From assembly GCA_963789955.1 (NCBI GenBank), contig CAWBMV010000006.1:128001-192000 (forward strand): 64,000 bases of DNA. Reading direction: 5' to 3'. Each line of letters begins with the position of its first letter. The stretch's first letter is position 1. The stretch comes from an uncultured Candidatus Rokubacteria bacterium (lineage in GTDB: Bacteria > Methylomirabilota > Methylomirabilia > Rokubacteriales > CSP1-6). The notes beneath the pieces are model-generated. The model worked only from the letters and a program-made list of their open reading frames with translations, did not search any database and was not told the origin of the DNA. Position numbers and translations under genes: made by a program. Shown piece by piece: positions 1-8,469 of the stretch.

Positions 1-390
1 CTCCGCGAAGAGACGGTCGTGGTACGGCCAGTACTTGCCCGAGGCGCCGGCGCAGCGCGCCGCCTCGTGCGCGGGGCGCGCCAGGGTATGCATCGAGAGC
101 GGACGATCCTTGAAGACCAACCGAATGCGACCTTCGTACTCCTCGAACAGCTTGGCCAGCGACCGCTGGACCAATTGACAGTACGGTCACTGGTAGTCGG
201 AGAACTCGATGATCGTCACCGGCGCTCCTGACGGTCCCTTGACCATGCTCGGAGACCAGGTGAGCTCGACCTGCGCGAAGGCGCGCGCCGGGAACGCCAC
301 GACGATGAGCGTCAGCAGCGAGAGCGTCACGCCGATCCAGCTGTAGTACACTCGCGGCGGCCGACCGGCGCAGCGCGACAGGTACTTCAC
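1..390 (-). CDS. DsbA/thioredoxin-like selenoprotein (UPYC motif), 3' end runs off the window
   Basis: Reading through TGA at 187-189 gives signal peptide ...ARAFAQ, then KGPSGAPVTIIEFSDYQ-U-PYC-QLVQRSLAKLFEEYEGRIRLVFKDRPLSMHTLARPAHEAARCA, a DsbA-like fold with UGA at the first Cys of CxxC. GTG at 390 follows a TATTCT -10 box; GTG at 351 is an alternative start. Confidence 0.9.
152..174 (-). promoter_or_regulatory. Candidate bacterial SECIS of the DsbA-like selenoprotein
   Basis: 12 nt after the UGA: UUGG-U(bulge)-CCAGC-GGUC loop-GCUGG-CCAA. The bulged U and GGUC apex resemble the E. coli fdhF SECIS. Confidence 0.75.
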
Positions 391-441
391 GGACCGAGAA
401 TACGATGCGGCCGTGCCCATCGCAACGGGCGGGGAGGATCC

Positions 442-900
442 ATGGAAGCCCTGGTCGAGTACGTCTTTGGAACGTACCCATCGTGGTCCCACCTGGTCGT
501 CCGTATCGCGTTGGGCGTCATCTTTTTCGCCCACGGCGCCCAGAAGACGTTCGGCTGGTTCGGCGGGCACGGCCTGTCGGCCACCATCAGCGGCTTCCGT
601 CAGATGAATGTCCCGCCGGCGGCCACGGCGCTCGCGGCGTTCACCGAGTGCTTCGGCGGGCTCGCGCTGATCGTCGGCGTGCTGGCGCGGCCGACGGCGA
701 TCGGCTTGATCCTGGTGATGCTGGTGGCCATCGCGAAGGTGCACGGCAAGCACGGCTTCTTCCTCAATTTCTCGATGACTCCGGGTAAGGGACACGGCTA
801 CGAATTCAACCTGGCGCTGATCGCGCTGGCCCTGTCCATCCTGATCGGTGGTGCGGGCGTCTTTTCGATCGATCGGCTCATCGCACCGTTCGGCGGCTAG
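442..900 (+). CDS. DoxX family membrane protein
   Basis: RIALGVIFFAHGAQKTFGWFGG and GYEFNLAL...GAGVFSID motifs; GGAGG SD upstream. Confidence 0.9.
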   Translation: MEALVEYVFGTYPSWSHLVVRIALGVIFFAHGAQKTFGWFGGHGLSATISGFRQMNVPPAATALAAFTECFGGLALIVGVLARPTAIGLILVMLVAIAKVHGKHGFFLNFSMTPGKGHGYEFNLALIALALSILIGGAGVFSIDRLIAPFGG

Positions 901-924
901 GCTCTGACCGGATTCGTCGCCCGG

Positions 925-1272
925 GTGATCGTGAACGCCGCCATGATCTATCTGGCGGCACAGGTCGTGCCGGGTATCGTCCTGCGCGGGAAGCCGCTCT
1001 GGCCGGCCCTGCTGGCGGGGCTGGTCCTGGCGCTCATCAACGCGGTGGTCCGGCCCGTGCTGAAGATCATCACCCTGCCGCTGACGCTCCTGACGCTCGG
1101 CCTCTTTCTGTTCGTGCTGAACGCGTTCTGCCTCTGGCTGACATCGGCCGTCGTCCCCGGCTTCGACGTGGTGGGCTTCCGGGCCGCCTTTCTGGGCGCG
1201 CTCCTGATCACGGTGGTGAGCTGGGCCCTGACGGCCTTCGTGACCGACAGCGGCCGATTCGGGCGTCTTTAA
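925..1272 (+). CDS. 4-TM membrane protein, YvlD / phage-holin superfamily IV-like
   Basis: LINAVVRPVLKIITLPLTLLTLGLFLFVLNA motif. Confidence 0.85.
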   Translation: MIVNAAMIYLAAQVVPGIVLRGKPLWPALLAGLVLALINAVVRPVLKIITLPLTLLTLGLFLFVLNAFCLWLTSAVVPGFDVVGFRAAFLGALLITVVSWALTAFVTDSGRFGRL

Positions 1273-2036
1273 GCGGCGCGTCCGCCCTCTTCGCTGAGGG
1301 CCGTGATGACGTAGGTGCCGCTCTTCTCGTCGCGCTCGAGCGTGACGATCTTCTGCTTGGCGGCGTCCTCGAGGAGCTTCGAGAAGGTCGAGAAGCCGTA
1401 GTAGGTCTCGTTGAAGGCCGGGTTCTTCCGGATCATCGTCTGCTTGACCATCGAGCCCCAGAGCGTTTCCTTGTTCTCGCGCTGGAGCGCCTGGATGGCG
1501 TCGATGAGCTGCGCCATCGCCTCCGCCTTCTTCTCGGGCATCCCGCGCAGCAGCGTCGTCTTCTTCGTGTCGCGGATCAGGTCCTCGTAGAAGATGAACT
1601 CGTCGCAGTTGGCGACCAGCAGATCCGACGACGACGATTTGACGCCGAGCCCGATCACGTAGCGGTCGTTCTCGCGGAGCTTGGAGACGAGCGGCGAGAA
1701 GTCCGAATCGCCCGAGACCAGCGCGAAGGAGTCGATGTGGGTCTTGCCATAGGCGAGGTCGAGGGCGTCGACGACCATCCGGATGTCGGCGGAGTTCTTG
1801 CCGCTGTAGCGCGACTGCGGGACGTCGATCAGCTCGATCGCCCACTCGTGGAAGGGGCGCTTGTACTCGGTGAACCGATTCCAGTCGGCGTACGCGCGCC
1901 GGACGATGATCTTGCCCTTCTCCAGCAACCGCTCGAGGACCAGCTTGATCTCGAAGGCCTTGTACTGCGCTTCCTTGACGCCGCGGGCGATGTTCTCGAA
2001 GTCGATGAACAGCGCCAGCTTCCGTTCCCCGTTCAT
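1269..2036 (-). CDS. NYN (LabA/DUF88) domain protein with C-terminal OST-HTH/LOTUS domain
   Basis: LFIDFEN, GKNSADIRMVVD, LVSGDSDFSPL; C-terminal FNETYYGFSTFSKLLE. Confidence 0.9.
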   Translation of the reverse strand: MNGERKLALFIDFENIARGVKEAQYKAFEIKLVLERLLEKGKIIVRRAYADWNRFTEYKRPFHEWAIELIDVPQSRYSGKNSADIRMVVDALDLAYGKTHIDSFALVSGDSDFSPLVSKLRENDRYVIGLGVKSSSSDLLVANCDEFIFYEDLIRDTKKTTLLRGMPEKKAEAMAQLIDAIQALQRENKETLWGSMVKQTMIRKNPAFNETYYGFSTFSKLLEDAAKQKIVTLERDEKSGTYVITALSEEGGRAA

Positions 2037-2150
2037 CCCCGCAGTCCTTTCGTCCGGCGCTCCACCGGAGCGGGGCGCCGACTGGTGTTGATTATACGGC
2101 GCGACTCCATCCGCCAGAAAGCTTCTGGGCGCGTTGTATAGTTGGTCGAC

Positions 2151-2795
2151 ATGAAGCAGAAGCTCGATCCGGCCCTCGCCGCGCGCGTCCCGCCCGGCCA
2201 GATCCTGACGGCCAAGTGGCCCGTGCTCACGTACGGCCGCACCCCGCGCTTCGATCCCGCCCGCTGGACGTTCCGCTGCTACGGTCTGGTCGAGCGTGAG
2301 ACCACGTGGACGTGGCCCGAGTTCCAGGCCCTGCCGCGGGTCACGATCACCTCGGACATCCACTGCGTGACCCGCTGGTCGAAGCTCGACAACGTCTGGG
2401 AGGGCGTGCCGATCCGCGAGATCGTGGATCGGGTGAAGCCGCGGCGCGAGGCCGCGTTCGTCATGCAGCATGCGGACCCGGACTACACGACCAACACCGC
2501 GCTCGCGGACCTCGTGCAGGACGACGTGATCCTGGCGCTCAAGCACAATGGCCGCGATCTGGAGCCCGACCACGGCGGCCCCGTGCGGCTGGTGCTCCCC
2601 AAGCTCTACTTCTGGAAGAGCTCGAAATGGCTCCGCGCGTTCGAGTTCCTCGACGTCAACCCGCCCGGGTTCTGGGAGCAGAACGGCTATCACATGCACG
2701 CCGACCCGTGGACCGAAGAGCGCTATTCCGATCAGGAGACCCACGCCATGCAGCAGATGCGCGCCGAGGCCGCGCGCCGTCTCCGCGATCGTTAG
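2151..2795 (+). CDS. Sulfite oxidase-like molybdopterin oxidoreductase (YuiH-like)
   Basis: DIHCVTRWSKLD, HGGPVRLVLPKLYFWKSSKW, GFWEQNGYH. Confidence 0.9.
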   Translation: MKQKLDPALAARVPPGQILTAKWPVLTYGRTPRFDPARWTFRCYGLVERETTWTWPEFQALPRVTITSDIHCVTRWSKLDNVWEGVPIREIVDRVKPRREAAFVMQHADPDYTTNTALADLVQDDVILALKHNGRDLEPDHGGPVRLVLPKLYFWKSSKWLRAFEFLDVNPPGFWEQNGYHMHADPWTEERYSDQETHAMQQMRAEAARRLRDR

Positions 2796-2822
2796 GCCGC
2801 CCCGCTTCCGGCCCGCCCGCCG

Positions 2823-3647
2823 TCAGGCCGACAGGAAATCGCTCAGGAGAGCCTGGAAGGCGACCGGCTGGTCACCGGGGACCGTATGGCCGGCGCCGGG
2901 GACTTCCGCGAACCGGGTGTTGAGATTTTCGTCGAGCATCCGCTTGGCGATCTCCGGGGACAGGACGTCGGAGTCGGCGCCGCGCACGAGCAAGATCGGA
3001 CAGGTGATACCGCGCCAGAGCGGCCAGAGGTCGATCGGATCGCGCCACGTTCCGGCGCGCACGGCGTCGCGAAGCCCTCGATCGTATTTCCAGGTGAGAC
3101 CGCCCTCGACGGGCCGCGTGCCGTGCTGGACCCGGTGGCGGAGCATCGCCTCGGTGTAGAGCGGGTTGGTCAGACGATGGAACGCCAGCGCGTGCTCGAG
3201 GCTCGGAAACAGCTCGGGCGAGCGAGCCATGAGCGTGCCGACACGGAGCATTCCCGCCTCGGAGATCTCCGGGCCGATGTCCACGATCACCAGCCGCTCG
3301 ACGCGCGCCGGCGCCTGCCCGGCGAAGCCGATCGCGACCCGTCCGCCCATCGAGAGCCCGACGATCGAGAGCCGCGAGAGGCCGAGGGCGTCGGTGAACG
3401 CCGCGACGTCGGCCGACATCGTGGCGACCGTGTAGTCGGCGTTCGGTGACGGATCCGAGTCACCGTGGCCCCGCTGGTCGAGCGCGAGCACACGAAAGCG
3501 AGCGGCGAGCCCGGCGGCTTCCTCGTCCCAGGTTCGCGCGTGGCCGGTGACACCGTGGAGCATCAGCAGCGGTGGCGCCGTCGCGGCGCCCCACTCGGCG
3601 TAGTGAAATCGCTGGCCGTGCAGGATCAGGGTTCGATCGCGATGCAT
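2823..3647 (-). CDS. Alpha/beta fold hydrolase
   Basis: LHG, DQRGHGDS, GLSMGG nucleophile elbow, GAGH. Confidence 0.9.
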   Translation of the reverse strand: MHRDRTLILHGQRFHYAEWGAATAPPLLMLHGVTGHARTWDEEAAGLAARFRVLALDQRGHGDSDPSPNADYTVATMSADVAAFTDALGLSRLSIVGLSMGGRVAIGFAGQAPARVERLVIVDIGPEISEAGMLRVGTLMARSPELFPSLEHALAFHRLTNPLYTEAMLRHRVQHGTRPVEGGLTWKYDRGLRDAVRAGTWRDPIDLWPLWRGITCPILLVRGADSDVLSPEIAKRMLDENLNTRFAEVPGAGHTVPGDQPVAFQALLSDFLSA

Positions 3648-3724
3648 TGAAAGATCTTAGCAGGCCCGGTCGCGACGTCGACTGAAGGCGTGGTTCGGCG
3701 CCCGAACCTGCTACGATCCGCTCG

Positions 3725-4630
3725 ATGGAGGCGCACCTACATCGGCAGACCGCCGCCGCGCGCTCGCGCGGCCGGTTGACCGCGACCCTGGCCCTCACGT
3801 GCGGGTTCCTCCTCGTCGAAGTGGCCGGCGCGCTGTGGTCGGGCAGCCTCGCGCTCCTGGCCGACGCGGCGCACATGCTCGCCGACGCCGGCGGTCTGGC
3901 GCTCGCGCTGTTCGCCATCTGGATCGCCGGACGGCCGCCGACGCCGGCGAAGACCTATGGCTACTATCGCGCGGAGATCCTCGCCGCGCTGGTCAACGCG
4001 GTCGCGCTGCTCGCGGTCGCCGGCGGAATCCTGTTCGAGACGTACCGGCGGCTCCTGATGCCGCCGGCGATCCTCGGCGGTCCGATGCTCGGCGTGGCGG
4101 TGGTCGGGCTCGTCGTGAATCTCGCCTGCGCCGGGCTGCTCCACGGCGCCGCCGAGACGAGCCTCAACGTTCGCGCGGCGTACCTCGAGGTGCTCGGTGA
4201 CGCGCTCAGCTCCCTCGGCGTGGTCGTCGCCGGGGCGCTGGTGGTCGTCACCGGCTGGACGCTCGCCGACCCGCTGGTGAGCGGCGCGATCGCGCTCGTG
4301 ATCGTCCCGCGCACGTGGCGGCTCTTGCGGCAGGCGGTCAACGTGCTCCTGGAGGGCACGCCGGCGCACCTGAACCTGGGTGAGATCGAAGAGGCGATGC
4401 GCTCGGTGTCCGGCGTGCGGCGAGTGCACGACCTGCACGTGTGGACGCTCACCTCGGAACGCGAGGCCATGAGCGCCCACGTCGTCGTCGACGACGTCCG
4501 CGACAGCGAGCGGCTGCTGGAGACGCTCCACGCCGTGCTGCACGCCCGCTTCGGCATCGACCACACCACGATCCAGCTCGAGATGGAGCCGTCCGCGGTG
4601 CTGCGCATCCAGGGACCGAGCTCAGCCTAG
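3725..4630 (+). CDS. Cation diffusion facilitator (CzcD/ZitB-like)
   Basis: SLALLADAAHMLAD, TYGYYRAEIL, VHDLHVW, HTTIQLE. Confidence 0.92.
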   Translation: MEAHLHRQTAAARSRGRLTATLALTCGFLLVEVAGALWSGSLALLADAAHMLADAGGLALALFAIWIAGRPPTPAKTYGYYRAEILAALVNAVALLAVAGGILFETYRRLLMPPAILGGPMLGVAVVGLVVNLACAGLLHGAAETSLNVRAAYLEVLGDALSSLGVVVAGALVVVTGWTLADPLVSGAIALVIVPRTWRLLRQAVNVLLEGTPAHLNLGEIEEAMRSVSGVRRVHDLHVWTLTSEREAMSAHVVVDDVRDSERLLETLHAVLHARFGIDHTTIQLEMEPSAVLRIQGPSSA

Positions 4631-5201
4631 GGAGACGCCGGTCTCGGTGAGGAGGCTCGCCGACCTTCTCGGCCGGCGCCGCGAGCGAGGACGGTGACAC
4701 CGTCGGTCGACCCTGGCCCAGGCGGGCTTTCACCGTCGGCGACACGAAAAACAGAACGAGGATCGCGTTCAGGAGCAGCGAGAGGATCAGCCACCGCCTC
4801 AGTCGGACCAGACGCCCCTGCTTGAACCAGAGGAGGCGTTCGAGCTTGTGCTCGTACGTCTCCTCGGGAGCGAAATGCTCGATCGGCCAGGCGCGTTCTT
4901 TCGAGCTCCCTGACGGCTCGGCGGTCGGCACCAGCACGAAGGCGAAGCCGTCTCGCTCGAGCGCGCGGGCGACGTGATCTCGCTGCCGGCGCTCGATCGA
5001 CGGTTGATTCGTCGTCGGACCGTCTCGGCGACGGTCCACGATGATCTCGAGCTCGTCACGCGAGCCGACCGCGGTCGTGAGTCCCGCGACGAACACGCCG
5101 GACATCAGGGGGGTCCGCGAGACGACGCACAGGCGCCGCGTCGCGACGGGGGATCCCGTGGGCAGCGTGAGATGAGCGACCAGCTCTCGACTGTTGTTCA
5201 T
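4627..5201 (-). CDS. Hypothetical single-TM protein with Arg-rich DRRR...ERRQR motif (3' end uncertain)
   Basis: ORF from ATG 5201 with IIVDRRRDG...IERRQR and one hydrophobic helix. As assembled it runs to 4449, antisense into the CDF gene; a one-base shift would end it at TAG 4627. Confidence 0.55.
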
Positions 5202-5388
5202 CGGGTACCGGACATATTCATAGCGTGACAGCCCCGAATCTTCGGCAGTTTTTCTGGGCGGCCCAGGACCGGGAAGACCTTGTTGCTGCGAGCGCTCCGC
5301 GACCGGCCCGATGCCGACACCGTGAGCACGCCCCTCTTCGTCGCCTCGATCTCCTCCGATCCGGTATAGTTGCCGCCGGAGGCTGCCC

Positions 5389-6936
5389 ATGGCGACATAT
5401 GCGCTCACGGAAAAAGCGGTCGTTCTGCGGTCCGAGGACGACGTCGCGGTCGCGAAGGCCGAGCTGCCGGCCGGCACCATTCTCGAGGACGGCGGCCGGC
5501 GCATCGAGGTGCGCCAGGACATCAAGCCCGGCCACAAGGTCGCGCGCCGCGCCGTCGCGACCGGCGACCCCGTCCGTCGCTACGGGCAGGTCATCGGCTT
5601 CGCCACGCAAGACATCGCGGTGGGCGACCACGTTCACACCCAGAACCTCGGCATCGGCGATCTGAGCACGGATCGCTACGAGATCGGCGTGGACGTGCAT
5701 CCCGTCGAGTTCTATCCGCCCGCGCAGATGCGCACCTTCGACGGCTACCAGCGAGAAGACGGCCGCGTCGGCACGCGCAACTACGTCGCCGTCATCTCGG
5801 GGGTCAACTGCTCGGCGAGCGTGAGCCAGTTCGTCAAGGACCGCTTCCGCGACGTGTCGAAGGACTACCCGAACATCGACGGGGTCCTCGCCATCACCCA
5901 CAAGTCCGGCTGCGGGACCAAGCTCTTCGGCGAGGACCACATGGCGCTCCAGCGCGTGCTCGCCGGCTACGCCAAGCATCCGAATGTGGCCGCGTACCTT
6001 CTGATCGGGCTCGGCTGCGAGACCAACCAGGCGGCGGTCATGGTCGAGCGCCAGCGCATGGCGGCGCCCGGTCATCCCGAGCGTAAGCCGACGATCATCA
6101 ACATCCAGGAGGCGGGCGGGATCCGCAAGACGGTCGACCGCGCCTCGCAGGAAGTGGCCAAGCTCCTGCCGTTCGCCAACGAGGCGCGGCGCACGCCGCA
6201 GCCGATCTCGGAGCTCACGCTCGCCACCAATTGCGGCGGCTCCGACGCGAACTCCGGCATGACCGCCAACCCGGCGCTTGGCTGGGCCGTCGACGAGCTC
6301 GTCCGCTACGGCGGCACCGGCGTGCTCGCCGAAACACCCGAGATCTACGGCGCCGAGCATCTGCTGATCCGGCGCGCCGTCAACGAGGGCGTCGCCAAGA
6401 AGCTGATCGATCGCTACAAATGGTGGGAGTGGTACTGCCGCGGGATCGAGGCGATGGACAACAATCCAGCGCCGGGCAACAAGGCGGGCGGGATCACCAC
6501 GGTGTTCGAGAAGTCGCTCGGCGGCGTCACCAAGGGCGGAACAACCCCGATGATGGACGTGTTCCTCTACGGCGAGCCGATCACCACGCGCGGCTTCGTG
6601 TTCATGGACACGCCGGGCCACGATCCGGTCTCGATCACCGGGCTCGTCGCGGGTGGCTGCAACATCATCTGCTTCACGACGGGGCGCGGGTCCGTCTTCG
6701 GGTGCAAGCCCGTACCCTCGATCAAGCTCGCGACGAACTCGCTGATGTACCGCCACATGGCGGAAGACATGGACATCAACTGCGGCGTCGTGCTCGAGGG
6801 CACGCCGATCGCGACGGTCGGCCGTCAGATCTTCGAAGAGGTGATCGCAGTCGCGTCGGGCAAGCGCTCGAAGAGCGAGCTCTCGGGTGTCGGTGAAGAA
6901 GAGTTCGCGCCCTGGATCATCGGCCCGGTGATGTGA
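5389..6936 (+). CDS. Altronate/galactarate dehydratase family (UxaA-like, SAF domain)
   Basis: GHKVA...VRRYGQVIG, GRVGTRNY, HKSGCG, NCGGSD, NPAPGNKAGGITT, FTTGRGS. Confidence 0.92.
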   Translation: MATYALTEKAVVLRSEDDVAVAKAELPAGTILEDGGRRIEVRQDIKPGHKVARRAVATGDPVRRYGQVIGFATQDIAVGDHVHTQNLGIGDLSTDRYEIGVDVHPVEFYPPAQMRTFDGYQREDGRVGTRNYVAVISGVNCSASVSQFVKDRFRDVSKDYPNIDGVLAITHKSGCGTKLFGEDHMALQRVLAGYAKHPNVAAYLLIGLGCETNQAAVMVERQRMAAPGHPERKPTIINIQEAGGIRKTVDRASQEVAKLLPFANEARRTPQPISELTLATNCGGSDANSGMTANPALGWAVDELVRYGGTGVLAETPEIYGAEHLLIRRAVNEGVAKKLIDRYKWWEWYCRGIEAMDNNPAPGNKAGGITTVFEKSLGGVTKGGTTPMMDVFLYGEPITTRGFVFMDTPGHDPVSITGLVAGGCNIICFTTGRGSVFGCKPVPSIKLATNSLMYRHMAEDMDINCGVVLEGTPIATVGRQIFEEVIAVASGKRSKSELSGVGEEEFAPWIIGPVM

Positions 6937-8038
6937 GGCCGGCGATCGGGCGCTCGCGGCCGGTGCGCGGCTCGGACGCGCCGCCGACGAGCTGAGTCGC
7001 GAGCCGGCGGGCCGCGAGGCCGCCGGCGGCCGCATACGCGATGGTGAGCGCGAGCGCCACCGCGGTCTCGACGCCGTTCGGGGTGAGCGGCGCGTAGGCC
7101 GGCAGGGTCGAGAGAAACCACGCGTACGCGGCGAAGAGGCTCATGGCGTAGACGATCGCCGCCACCCCTGGACGCCGCCGCGGCTCGGCCAGCGCCATCA
7201 GGGCCGCCGGCACGAGCGGTAGCGCCAGACGCAGCGGCCACGGCGCCGGCGGCACCGCCTGATTCTTTGCCGCGATCTCCCGGCCCACCGCGATCGGCGA
7301 GCTGGTGTCCTGCGCGACCGCCTCGTCGATGACCGACACGGGCTGAAGCAGCGCGAACCCGCCCCGGGCGATCTGCTGGCCGACGATCCCGAGCGCGAAG
7401 GACAGGATCACCGCGAAGGCCGGCGCCCACCGAAGCGCCGAGATCCGCGTCGTCGTCACGAGCGTCAATGACAGGAGCAACGCGGCGAGCATGGCAAAGC
7501 TGTGGAACAAGATACCGCCGTGGGCGTAGGCGAGCAGCCACGCTGGATCCAGAGTGACGCGCACGCCCCCGTAGAGGAGCGCCCCGGCGAGGACGAGCGC
7601 CGCGCGGCCGGCCCGGCTGCGAAGCGGGTACACCTCGATGGCGATCACGAGACAGCCGAGCGTGCTCACCGCCGAGCCGAGCAAGGCCAGCAGATGCGGC
7701 GGGCTCCAGAGCGTCACGTCGAGCCCGAAGAGGCGGTGCCAGAGGTCGTCGATCGGCGCCGCGAGCACCACGAGCACGAGACCAAGCGCGGCCAGACGGA
7801 ACCCGCGCGTCGACGGGACTCCGCACCACCACTCGTAGGCGAGCACGCCCCAGCCGAGCGCCAGTCCCACGACAACGCTGCCGTAGATCATCAGGTGCGG
7901 GGCGATCCAGAACGAGTCGCGCCCGATCGTCATGTGCCACTGGATGTCCCAGCCGAGACCCCACGCACCCACGACCTTGGCGGCCAGAGCGCCCCAGAGC
8001 GCGGCGCGACGGTAGGCGAGCGGCGAGTCGGCGCTCAC
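6917..8038 (-). CDS. Multi-pass membrane protein with two DxxWH...PH motifs
   Basis: GTG overlaps the clpS stop (GTGA). WDIQWHMTIGRDSFWIAPH and IDDLWHRLFGLDVTLWSPPH; many hydrophobic segments. Confidence 0.8.
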   Translation of the reverse strand: MSADSPLAYRRAALWGALAAKVVGAWGLGWDIQWHMTIGRDSFWIAPHLMIYGSVVVGLALGWGVLAYEWWCGVPSTRGFRLAALGLVLVVLAAPIDDLWHRLFGLDVTLWSPPHLLALLGSAVSTLGCLVIAIEVYPLRSRAGRAALVLAGALLYGGVRVTLDPAWLLAYAHGGILFHSFAMLAALLLSLTLVTTTRISALRWAPAFAVILSFALGIVGQQIARGGFALLQPVSVIDEAVAQDTSSPIAVGREIAAKNQAVPPAPWPLRLALPLVPAALMALAEPRRRPGVAAIVYAMSLFAAYAWFLSTLPAYAPLTPNGVETAVALALTIAYAAAGGLAARRLATQLVGGASEPRTGRERPIAGLTSPGR

Positions 8039-8322
8039 GACTGCACGACCGTGACGATGAGGCCGATCGACGCCAGGACGTTGCCGACGCGCACGCATTC
8101 CGTTTCCGCGCCGACCTTGACCACGGCCCGCCCGGTGTTGTGCACCTGCCAGGCCAGCTCCCAGCCCTTGGCCTCGCTGCAGCCGGTCGCCTTCTGAAGC
8201 TGTTTCACGACTTGCTCGAACGTGTGGCAGTCGCAATTGTGAAGAATCGTCATCCACGGCGGGGCGACGGCTTCCTGGTCGACCTGCTCGACATCGGATT
8301 CCGGTGTGGCCTTCTCGACCAT
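8035..8322 (-). CDS. clpS: ATP-dependent Clp protease adaptor ClpS-like
   Basis: PPWMTILHNCDCHTFEQVV...AWQVHNTGRAVV matches the ClpS core pattern. Confidence 0.85.
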   Translation of the reverse strand: MVEKATPESDVEQVDQEAVAPPWMTILHNCDCHTFEQVVKQLQKATGCSEAKGWELAWQVHNTGRAVVKVGAETECVRVGNVLASIGLIVTVVQS

Positions 8323-8336
8323 TCCTTAGACTACTC

Positions 8337-8426
8337 CTAGGGCGTACGGAACCACGCGTGGGCGGGCGGAGCCAGCAACGCGACGGCGAGGAGCGCGGCG
8401 ATCAGCGCTCGGCTCACGAGCTTCAT
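8337..8426 (-). CDS. 29-aa small ORF: Sec-type signal peptide plus pentapeptide WFRTP
   Basis: MKLVSRALIAALLAVALLAPPAHA-WFRTP*. GGAGG SD 8 nt upstream of ATG. Below the ORF-track size cutoff. Confidence 0.65.
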   Translation of the reverse strand: MKLVSRALIAALLAVALLAPPAHAWFRTP

Positions 8427-8469
8427 TGGCGTGGCCTCCCGGAGCGATGGGGGCGTGGCGGTCGGCTCA

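Noticed and set aside
925..1272. Holin-like gene (and the excisionase-like HTH at 59845) as prophage evidence
   Set aside because: Both families are common in non-phage contexts, and no integrase, capsid, terminase or lysin genes were seen.
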